Part shown: in pieces, positions 1 through 24,800 of the stretch
How positions within the stretch are numbered: the stretch's first letter is position 1
How the letters are laid out: the number at the start of each line of letters is the position of its first letter
Assembly (NCBI GenBank): GCA_964199315.1
Contig: OZ116706.1
Location: 28,086,001-28,150,000, forward strand
DNA length: 64,000 bases
Reading direction: 5' to 3'
Source of the DNA: Orbicella franksi
Taxonomy: Eukaryota
Program-made: the position numbers and the translations under genes
Notes under the pieces: model-generated
What the model was told of the DNA's origin: nothing
The model's database searches: none
What the model saw: the letters and a program-made list of their open reading frames with translations, nothing else

Positions 1-258
1 ACTCCACTGAACTGATGACTCAACCCAACTGAGATTTGTGCAGTGCCTTGTATTACACTGGTTCATTGCTTCCTTTTGAATTTTGCGTCCAAGTTACAGG
101 CGTTCTAAGATTCCACACAGATCTGCTGTTAAGCTATCTACTTTCCAGCAAAGAATTTGTGAGGTTGCCTCTCTCAAGCAAGGAAAGAATTAAGCGTGCA
201 AAGGAATTTGTTTACTCGGGTTAGTTTGGTATGTAAGCATCTTTTACATTTTACTCAC

Positions 259-13979
<13,721 letters not shown>

Positions 13980-14099
13980 CTTGCTTTCACGTGTTACGAC
14001 AATGCGACCAAAACAACACGTCTTCCAAAAATAAATGCTTTACATGTCTTTGATTGCCTCTTTAGCACCAAACATCCCCTGCTTGCAAAGCGAAAATAG

Positions 14100-14180
14100 T
14101 AGGAATAACGACCACAATTCACGCATGCGTAAACTTCCGCCTGCGGCTCCCGTGAATCACTTCGGGTTGCAGTTGTTTGC
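14100..14180 (-). promoter_or_regulatory. Probable formin promoter region
   Basis: CpG-richer patch about 130-200 bp upstream of the formin ATG, with the palindrome acgcatgcgt (NRF1-like, 14121-14130) and gcggaagt (ETS-like) on the minus strand. Motif-level evidence only. Confidence 0.3.
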
Positions 14181-15229
14181 GTGACTTGAAAAAAGTCGAA
14201 AAGAGTTTTCTTTTTATTCCTCCAGTTTGTTTTGTATCCCAAAAAGACAGGTTTTAATGCCCCCCAAAATTAGGGCATCTCTTAACTTAGAGTTTTTTAT
14301 TGCTTTCATCATTCAAATGAACCCGTTCCACTGGTGGTGAATATTTACTTTCAGATGGTCACGCAACATGGAATTCCGTTTTGCCTGACCTAACCGCAGC
14401 CCGGTAATCATGCAATAGCTTCTTTTCGTCAAGCACAAAAGGCTGGAAAAAGTTAAAAAGGGCGGAAGAAGTTACTCTCATGCAGTCTAAGATTATCAAT
14501 ATTTTTATCATAACTTTTGTATCATAAAAATCAAAACATAACGATCTGAAAGATGGCAGACACAAAATGAATCGTGCTACGATGACGTCATTATTTCCGG
14601 GTAAAATGGCATTCAATAAAAATACCTTAAATCGTGCTTTTGCGTGAACGCAACATCCGTTATAAGGCTTACAGCAACTATGACACACACGATTTGTTTC
14701 ATCGAACAATGCTTTAGTAAACCATAACCCAGAACGCTCAATGCCCTTCAATTCAGGTCAACAGTGCGAGAAAAAGTATCTGAATGATCTTTTCCATGGC
14801 AACATTCCACGAATAATTTCGAATTTTTAAGACGATGACATGCGGATTTATTGCGGGCTGAAAATACTTAAGCATTGACTAATCATTTAAATTTGGCTCG
14901 ACGTCTCCGTGGGTTTTTCTTGAGAGCCATAGAGTGCCATGTATAGAACTGGTCCTATATTCGTTACAATTCAGCATTCTTATTGGTCCCCTGGACAGTC
15001 CGAATTTTGCATTGCGGATCACATCGATGATTTGCACCGTGTAAAAAGTCTGGGCAACAATTTTAGCTGTACCTCTAAAACCATTTCAACCGTGTAGAAA
15101 AGAGCCATTGCTTTAGTAATTCTCGATCTGATAATTGAAAACTGCTGTTTTAGTATGTTTTGGTAAAAAATTATCGTGAAAGAGATAGATGTGAAAGCTA
15201 TATAGACAAATAGATACATGAATAAATCT

Positions 15230-15607
15230 AAAAATCTCTTTAAGGCATAACTCTTTAAAGCAGCCTTACAATTTGCTAAGCTAAGGTATTTACAGCTGTT
15301 AGAGTTTAAGTCTAAGATTCGAGAAAGACTTCATTGGCTCCTTTAAATCTTCTGTTAGAAAATATTTTTTGTCCAAAAACTCTTAGCTTAGTTTTTAGTT
15401 GTTCATATCTAGATTTAGATTTTTTAAATTTTTATCTTTTATCATATCTTTAAATTTTAGCTGTATTCTATTTTGTAATTTTTATTATCTTATAAGTGTA
15501 AATAGTTTTTAATTTCTAACTTAGGATAGAGGGCCACTGGTTCGTCAGTTTTTTACTGTTATGTGTTGCCCTCTATAAATAAAGTTGTTACTTACTTACC
15601 TACTTAC
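15230..15607 (+). mobile_element. Possible 3' end of a 5'-truncated LINE (L2/CR1-like)
   Basis: A decayed KNLFKA*LFKAA string resembles L2 ORF2 ends. It is followed by an AT-rich 3'UTR, AATAAA and a (TTAC)n tail. Confidence 0.35.
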
Positions 15608-16039
15608 TAAGGAGTTCATTCTACTGAAGCCAACCGGCTCTTCTTACAAAGGATCGTTGGTCGTGGCTGTTCTGAATAGCGGAACATCTAACTTATTTAC
15701 GAGTGGACATCGGCTTCAACCTCTTCAGTTAGAATCAGTGTTGGAAAATATTCAGTGATCCTTTGCGTATTTTGATGACTTTAAGCTTATGGCTCGTTCA
15801 TAGGCAAGAGGTCAGCTATCTCCGTCCCCATATTTATTCGTCGGAGACAAAATTCATTCGAGGACATGCTACCTAAGCCTGAATTTCAGCTGCGAGTAGA
15901 TGACCAGAGAGGACATGTGATTTTCAGGCTAATGTTAATTATGTTTACCAGTGCGAAGAACTTTACTGGTTCTCGCCAAGAGATTATCATCTCTTGTTCT
16001 CGCACAATTAATCGTTTTTTGGCTCTGTAACACTGGGAC

Positions 16040-16204
16040 TAGCCTCATCCAGGCGTTCAGTTAGCTGGGGCGCATTGTGAAAATGGCGCAAGAAAAAATA
16101 GAGGAAAAGTGCGGTGCGGGAAGGCACCAAGTCTCTCTCCTTAATTTCACTCCGCCGTTTTTTCGCGCTGCGCCCCCAACTAACTGAACGCCTGGAAGGG
16201 GCTT
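16040..16204. mobile_element. MITE with a 9-bp target site duplication
   Basis: Imperfect TIRs (ccaggcgttcagttag...gcgca and inverse); the direct repeat cactgggac lies at 16031-16039 and 16205-16213. Confidence 0.6.
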
Positions 16205-16945
16205 CACTGGGACAAGAGCACCGATCCCGCTAACCACAGGCGCACGCAAAGAGAGAAACCACAAATCTCGTTTTCTACAGTGTGCGAACGTCTTTGTGGA
16301 GGTTTGTTTAGTACTCTGCTATTAGTCCTATAGCGTTTAATAGGCCATCACCTGGCCCGCATGTGCAAAGAAGTACCTGGCCTAGTAATCAAGGAACGAA
16401 AACAAAGGAATGTGTGATTTTCAGATCAATGTTTCTCTCTCATCTGGGCCTCCAGAGCCGCTTATTATTGACACCTCTTTTAATGTTGTTCCGAGAATTT
16501 ATCGGGTCATTAATGCAGGAAGGAAAGGAAAGGAAAGGAGACACAGGAAGGAAACAGCGGATGACATCTGCATGCTCGGTCGCCTGACCAAAAAAAAAAA
16601 AAATTAATCAGTAAAATACTTTAGTCAGGTGTCATGGTATTTAGGATTGCAACACAAATTGGGCCAAAATCGAGAAACAAACGTGGTAAATAGAACTGAA
16701 AGTTTGTTGAAAATTCCAACCAACAATAAGACCTCTCGATTAAAAGCCGACTAAAAGTAATTCCTTTCAAGCCATGCTTCTTTAGTTCCTCATTTTTCAA
16801 GGTTAGTCCAGTGGGCGACTGCGCGAGTGAGCACGATAATGGCCTCGGGTATCCACTTGACTAATCCTCAGAATAATGAACCACTACCAGTAGTGCATTT
16901 TCCGTGATTGATCACGATTGTAAAGACCTGTAAAGGTGACATAAC

Positions 16946-17113
16946 AGACTACGAGTAGTCCTTCCTTCGCTTAGTCCGTCGCGGGTAACACGAAAGACAA
17001 CGGCGAGAGAGAAACGGCCACGGAGCCAGGATCTCGCTCGGCTAATTTTTTCGCCCGGTTTTCTTTCGCATCACGCACGAAGGACAGAGCGAAAGAGGTA
17101 CTACTCATAATGT
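16946..17113. mobile_element. Degenerate MITE
   Basis: The left end agactacgagtagtcc...cttcgcttagtccgtc has a decayed inverse copy near 17075-17113. Confidence 0.4.
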
Positions 17114-17394
17114 AGTGACGAAGTGATGAGTTCCAGCGGTTTTGATCCCGTTGAAATGGAAAACCTCAGTTTTTAATGAGATTTCTTCGCGCGCTTGTTT
17201 GTAACCAAATAAAGGGTGGCCATGCATGGGTGACTGATTGATTGAATCCATACTTCGCTATAAACAACTCCTTCATAATAATTGGGACCTTTACATTCCT
17301 AGTATTAAATTCCCAGAAAAAAGGTAGTAAAAAGACGACTTTCTTCGCCAGATCAATTCTTCTCATAGCGAAGCTGTGACGTCCGGCTGAGATT

Positions 17395-17803
17395 CCCGGG
17401 ATACTCCTTGAAAAATTGGGTAGAGGTGTGCGGCCCGCTTCTCAAAATCCTTACCCTATTTGTGACCAAAATCTGCGATTTTCTGTATCCTATTTAAATT
17501 ATAACCTGACCAAAAATTCGATACCCTATTTAAGACCTAACCCTTGAATTAATACCCTGTTTCAGAACTGCCTTTTAATTAGTTCCCTAGTTCAGATCGA
17601 TGTTAAAGGGATTGTAAAATTCTTTTGTAGATGGTCTTATCGATAATGATGAAAAAAGTAGCCTTTTCTACAAAAGAAACCAATTCAAGACTAGAGTGCA
17701 AAAACCATACCCTTTCTGAGACCAGAATGGCCAAAAGCGATACCCTGTTTCTGACCAAAACGGTTAAAAATATAGCTCATATATGGGAGTATCCCCTCTC
17801 GGA
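17395..17803. mobile_element. Degenerate MITE of a CCC-terminus family
   Basis: Starts cccgggatactcc and ends gggagtatcccctctcgg, with internal ataccct subrepeats; related in style to 52387-52802. Confidence 0.45.
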
Positions 17804-18849
17804 ACCTCGGCCGACCTAGGCCTCCGTCATTTCGCTCGCATTGTAATAACTAAGTGATACCTACTGTTGTTTGCATGCTTTGCAGTATTGTTTGAATAAC
17901 TGCAAAGCCAAGAAATTTAATTTGTGATATCATTATAGAGGCATGGAGTTTTGTTTCAACTAACCATTTAACCAGGGGCCGCTACACCTGATTGTGCCTG
18001 GTTTAATTAACTAACTAATTTGTATATATAATTAACGATATAAAATGAGTCTCGATTACTGTCTCAGTCAGGGAAACTAATGCTTTTTTTTATGTAAACC
18101 TTCGTTAAAGCATTCCGAAAGTTTTCGATTGGTATCATTCAATCAAACCCTATCGCGAGCTCTTACGAGTTCTCCGGAAACTGACCGCAGTATGGTGCAA
18201 ATAGGATACATTATGTTGGTTAGTACAATTTCTGTTCAAGCCTACGTATGTCAATTTTGACAAGATGAGGTAGATTTTTGATCAAAGAGGTTACAGTATT
18301 TTTGATATATCACAGCTTAGTCGAGCTGAGACCAACGTATAATATTCGTGTACGTTCGAGTACAATGGATATGTGGTTTCACAATATATCTTGCGTTACG
18401 GTTTTCCGTTGTTTATAACTATTTGGAGTTTGAACTCTAATTTTACCAAAGTTAATAGAGGGAAATGATTATAAAATCCGACAAAGTTCTTTTTTGTATG
18501 TTTTTGGTCTCGTTTTTGTCCTTGACCGTGCACGAAACACAATACTTCTTTACTTCTGACTGATAAACTAACCAACAGAAATGCTTTGGTTACGTAATTC
18601 ATGCAGAGTGTATGAGCGCAAAACAAAAAATTGTGCACGGTCGTGGACCTTCTAATATAAATCTTGGCATCTTTGTTTACTCCTTGGATGTTTGCCGGGC
18701 TTCATAAACATTCCCCTCTATTAACTATGATTTTACATGCTACTGAAAGAATCGCAGAATGAAAGGTCATGGAGGTCATTATGTAGGCTGACCTTTCCCT
18801 TCAGTCAAAGATTCAACAACCAAGCGTAACAACAATCGCTGTACGACTA

Positions 18850-21800
18850 CTAGCGAATGTCGCTATCATCATCATCTTCGTCATTGTCATCGTCATTAGG
18901 ATCACAAGGATCCATCATTCCTTTAAATTCACTTATTTCCTTGTGCTCGCCATAAGACGATGGTCCCGGCTTTTTCTCCTCGCGTCCAGGTATGTGCAAT
19001 CTCAGGGTCATAACGGTGACACTGGCGGGCGCTGCAAAAACTATCTGGTCACCCAAAGGACAGACTGCAAAAGGGTTTGTGTCCACCGTAAAAGTCGTCA
19101 GCTTTTTACCCTTGATAAGATCCCAAGCCTCAAAGGAACTGGGTTGGTACCCTTTGGCATCTGTTGTTATTGCAGTGGTCCCGTCATGGTTGAGGTAGAT
19201 CTTGTCGATGTCCGTGGAGACAAGGTCGTGAAGCAGATTTCCACTCTGGATCTCCCAAACTTTAAGGCTCTCGTGACTTGTCACGGCTAGCATGCTCTTC
19301 GATGAAATAGCGACCATGTTTCTTCCACTAGAACCTTCAGCCAACGTATGCATCAGCTTTCCCGTTTCTGTGTTCCACAGGGCGCTTACCTGATCGTTTT
19401 TCAGCTGTAAGATGAAGTATTTACCATCTTCCGTAATGGCGGAACCATCCAAACCCAACTGCTCGCCCTCAATTGGATCCATTACCTTGTGTTCGTGCGT
19501 CTTGGTATTAAAAACCAGAAGTGGAACTGTCGTGGCGTCTTGCTCGACATAAAAACTGGCTTGGGAGCAAATCACTGTGCTACCATCTTTACTGATTAGA
19601 ATTCCTTCCAGGCGATACTTCTGGCCAAGTTTGTACTGTCCTACAACCTGCCAGTAAAGCAAACAACTTTGAACGGATGCATAAACCCTTAAAATCATTT
19701 TTCGTGTTAACTTTTCCATTAATAGCTTTGAATAGATATTAACATGTAGGTGAGATAGGTGCTTTGGCCTCATCTTGGCCAAGCATGAGTCAATCAAAAA
19801 ACGTAGTTCTATGGAAAATGAAACGAGAGAGTAAAGGAGATGATTCACACCAGAGAAGCCTCGTGATGAGCGAAATTCTCAAAACTGTCCTTAATTAAAC
19901 ACCAAGAAAGAGAAAAAGAAGTCATGCTGCAGTCCTTAACAGGACTGACAGTCCTTACCAAACTAGGAATGGCACACGATAAGTGAGAAATAGCAGAAAT
20001 CTTGCCATGTGGCCAATTTCAAATTGGCCGAGGATTAAAAAAGTAAATAAAATTACTGTATAAGCTACTTAGGTTAATTTGAAAAACAAAAGAACTGTTC
20101 ATTACCTTGCCAGTGTCTACGTCCCACACTTTCAAGTTCCGTCTGCCACGTGACAATCCAATGAAATTCTTCTTGTCAATAAACCCGACGGCCTCCAGTC
20201 GTTTGCTGGACTTCCCTTGCAGAACACGGAGCGTTTTTGCCTGGTCAAAGTCCATGAACTTGTAGTGATCAAAGTTATCTTTCTTTTGTTCTCCCACAGC
20301 GATTCGTCCAACGCCAACCTTGTCAGTCAGCATACGCAGAGGCTGGGGGAAGTTATATGCTTTGATAGAGCGGACTTTGACACCGGTAAGTGCATCCCAC
20401 ACTGCAATCTCAGGCATCATCTTGACGGTGCAGCTTGCGATCACGTGCCGATTGTCTGCTGCAACTGAAAGCATCCATATTGAATCAGCAAAGCCTTGTG
20501 TCGTGGCAGTGACATCCGTCTCATCATCATCGACGCTCTCTCGAGCATCGTAAATTCGAAGAACCCCATCCGATCCGGTAGTTGCTACAAAATCTCCCCT
20601 GCGCCCGTAAGTACCAAAGCCTGGTTGTAATCTAGCAACGACGGTGGCATCACCCGTGTCAAGGCCCCATTTTACTAATTCGTAGTTATTCCTTATAGCG
20701 ATAACTTTCTTCCCGTCCTCTGCGACAACAAGGCGATCGCGTTGCCCAATGCCGAACTCTGGGATATCTGAAACGTGCTTGCCTGTAGCAGCGTCATAAA
20801 CTTTAAGCTGCTTTATAATATATCCGTCTGACACCACAAGCAACTGCTTTCTGGAGGTAAGGTGGACTTGTGTTATTTCTGTGTCTTTTAACTCGCCTCG
20901 GATTTCTTCCTTTTGCAACTCCACGTTTATCTAAATAGAACAGTGAGGCAAAACTGAAAGTTATACAGGCAAAGATGCATGGTTATCAACAAACACTGAC
21001 AACTGACATTGCTAATACTGACTTGAGGGCGAAGCATGATTCGTATTAATAAATGTTTGAAAAATCTTTAAAAATCTCCTTTCTCCTTACATTAAGAAAC
21101 AGTATGGTAGTCAGTACCGAGAGTTAATATGTTCATCTCATAAATATCGAGAGCAAATGTGGAATGTTTTAAAAATATGAGTGGGCGTAATTCTGGCCAA
21201 GATCGTTGCCCTGAGATTTTAGGTTAGACCCTATACATTTACAGCCCTCCTGGTCAAAATACTTTCATCTGGGGAACCTCAAATACTACAAAAACCTTCA
21301 TGCTATGAAAACGGAAACTAGGGGTAACACGCTTCTGGCTTTTCCGATCTGAAAAATCGTACTTTTACCATAAACCGACTACCCACGTATAAGCAATGGT
21401 CATATTAAACAACATTAGAGCGATTCAAACCAACCTTACAAATTTCCTTTCCAGTTTTAACATTGAGAACGTGAACCGTCTTTTGGTTACGTAGGCAATA
21501 TACCGCAAGGTCCCCGGTAGCGTCCAAATGACCAAAAGTTTCCTCAACATTGATACCTTTTACAGGAATGTCATGAACAAGCTTCCCAGAGGCAGTCTCC
21601 CAGATTCGCACACCGGAGTCACCGAGAGCAACCACCATGTGATCATCATCTGCAAACGCAACGGAAGGGAACCCTCTGAACCAGTTTCCGTCATCCTTCA
21701 TGGGCTTATACTCCTGTAAGATCTTGTTTGTTCTAGCATTAATGAGGTACATGTTTGCCGACGAACCCGATGCAACAAAGATGTCGTCGTTCTTAGGGCT

Positions 21801-24800
21801 GATCATCGCCCGCCAACACGAATTCACATCTGTTGACGATTCGTCGAAGCACACCTTTCTCTGCCTCCTTCCACTCTTTATATCTAGATACAATAGACAA
21901 AGTCCCTCTGAACCACGATTGCAGGTCACGACTGTCTTGGAATCACTCGTGAAATTTACGTACTCAATTCCACCGTGGAACTCATCATTTGACACTGAGT
22001 TTATCAGAGATCCTCCAGCCGGTGTGAGGCATTGTTGGCTGGGAATAAAAGCAGCAACAGACGGGTTATGGGCAGCTTCCAACATCTTTGCCAGAAATGG
22101 GAATTCTTTCTTCTTCATATGCTTGTATAGACGGCCAATCAGCTGCACGGACAGTTGACGAGGATCCTGCCTAAGTGATAGTACAGACAAGCTGAGGCAC
22201 TTGTTCAGGAGGTCAAATTCTCTGTCATCTGGATGAAGAGCAAGAGCAGCATTAAAATCCTGTTGCAACGCCTCCACAGAACTTGCTTGGACCTTCGTCA
22301 GGAGGAACTCGAAGTTGCAGAGGGTTTCTTCCTTGAGCGTTTCCACTTGGTGTGACAGAAGGAGGTTATGAGGGAGCTCGCTCAACATGCGCCGATTGAA
22401 AATGGGCTTCTCTTCGTTTACGTCGAACTTCAGAGGTTGCTTGGGTACCAATCGATCCATAGACATTTCTTTACCACTCTTGTCCACAAAAGACTTCTTT
22501 GTCCCGCCTGACCATTTTCCGAGGAAGTAGTCGCTCATGTTTGCATGAATCCCGACTGCTTGCCCGCTTCCAAGATAACGTTCACGGGCAGCTTCGATGA
22601 ACTGGCGATGATACCAGTTTATAACCCGGGCACCATCGGCTCCTCTTTCAATTAGGTAGTCTCCAATGTCGGACCGGATCCGTATCCACAACAGAGGTGG
22701 TAACCGTCGAATGGGTGGTGTCCAGTATTGATAGACGTCATTGAGTACCTTATCATCCAGTGATAAGATGTCCTCCAGCTCGGGTTCCGTCAACCCATTC
22801 CTGGAAGCAGTGATGTAGGCTAAAGCTTGGCTCACAAGAACTTTCCCATGAAGTCTCTCTACACGATCAAGAAGGTCATGGATGATCCCTTTTATTGTCG
22901 GTGCCAGCTTAGTATCGTTTGGAGACGTATAGGATTTCCAACGAGAGGCTTCGTCGAAAGACAATTTCAGATACAGAGGCAATGGACACTTTTCGAAGGC
23001 TTCCAAAACAATCTTCTCTTGTTCACTTTGTAACAGCCGTCTGGAGGATTTGAGCCAACTGTCCAGTATTTGTTTGGCAGTGTCAACAGGCATCTCAGGT
23101 ACTTCCAGGAGGACGGTGGCTTCGTACTTTTCCTGGTAAATGAACAACATTTGACGGATTAGTTGAAGGGTTTATTGTGAACTGAAAAGGCTCTCCGGTC
23201 ATCTTTTTAGGACACACAAAACATTCGGCGACAAACTGAAATCAAACTACCCAGTGGGCCAAAAAACTGATCGATAACAACAACATTACTTACCTCTAGT
23301 CTGGGGAAGCAATTGTATTCCTTTTCTGGGAGGGTTGACAAGATAATGTAGACATTCTCTGGTAGCTCCTTTGGAACCCATTCGAGCTCTCTGCCACCGT
23401 CATCATCCGACAGTTGATCCAGCGAATCAAGGACAAGCACCACAGGATGAGAAGATGATGCATGGTCTTCCAGACATTTAGGAAAAAACTCCAGGAGGGA
23501 CCGAATATCCTATGAATAATAGACAGTAGGAGGCGAAAGATAAACAGATCAGTAACGTATACAGTGCAACATTACAGGGAAATTGATGCTGTAACAGCGT
23601 TTGTTTAGAAATAAACAAGACGCTTTCGACACTGTAATCCTACCAATATGCGGGACACGTCTCACTTTTTAACCTAATAAAATGACCAGCTAGCACCTTA
23701 GCTCGGTAGTTAGAGCAACCGACTGTTATCTGGGGGTCATGGGTTGGAATCCCGTAGGGGACTCAAACGTTTTCTTTGTCCCACGCTCGCGACATCCTGA
23801 AAAGCTAATTTTTCACATTCCAATCGGGTAAATAGGCTGCTTTTGTGTCATTCGCTAAAAGCCGGAAAATATATGCATTCTGAAGCCTTATATATGCACT
23901 GGTCAGTGGAATTAAGGAAACAAATTTCCGACCCATCACACCACTATGCTCCGGTCTTTGCTAGGCATTCACTCGCGAAAAACTCCATGTGTTTTTATAA
24001 GCATTTACCTTAAGAACAGTTTACCCATATAACTATGGAGCGAATAATCATCATTCACGATCTTTCCCGTGACAGGATGCTAAATATTCAGCGCCGTTAG
24101 CAAGGAATGATTCAGTCAAATCCTATTTTTCTCTTGGTCTGGTACATACTTAAAACTTTTCGTTGTAAGTACACAGGGAGCTTTATCGAATTGTTTGGAC
24201 TCGACCAGTTGTACCATTTAACAGTGATTAAACAATCCACCAACTATGGGTCTTACTTTTCTGTACGGAAACGCTAAGAACAAATTCCTCGGCAGTGAAT
24301 TTTACTTACCTGCGGCACTTTGTCACTCTCAGAATCCTCATCGGTCCTACAAATCTGTTGACAGATACTGCGCATTAAGTTTCTTACATCTGATGAATCT
24401 GGAGTTGTCCCGATAAATCGGGTCACAACTGTCGCGGAATCCTTTCCGAGCCATTTCTTTACTTCCATGGCAACTTTGGCCATCAAGGAAGTCTTTCCGC
24501 ATCCTGATTCTCCATACAGGACGGCAATTTGATCTTTTTTCACTGTCTCCTTCACAGTCGTCAAAAACTCGTCACGACCGTGAAACAACTGGCACTTCCT
24601 TTTGCAGAAAGACCCATGCTGAAATATTTCCTCGGTCAGCTCATCTTCTCTGTTGATCGATTGGTCCTCCTCGATGCCTCGGTTGATCCTTTTTGTTAAT
24701 GTGTCATAAAAATCAGTACAAAGCTTCTCGATGTACTGCGCATGCTCTTGTGACGCACTTGGGTCAATACCATTACCATGCCACTTGACATCATACTGAA

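Noticed and set aside
1-60. CTGATGA near position 12 as a hammerhead core, and a possible further formin exon at the window edge
   Set aside because: No stem II/GAAA arrangement follows, and the exon cannot be verified with the sequence truncated.
14359-14751. 130-aa minus-strand ORF upstream of the formin
   Set aside because: No recognisable domain, start context or splice support; probably repeat-derived.
21528-22158. Plus-strand ORFs overlapping NWD exons (e.g. 21700-22158, 34166-34618, 39903-40274, 46834-47145)
   Set aside because: They are antisense shadows of the long minus-strand coding exons, with no recognisable motifs or independent splice structure.
23690-23765. Possible tRNA gene
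   Set aside because: The A and B boxes are degenerate, the acceptor stem is broken and a SINE-like body follows; treated as a tRNA-derived repeat.
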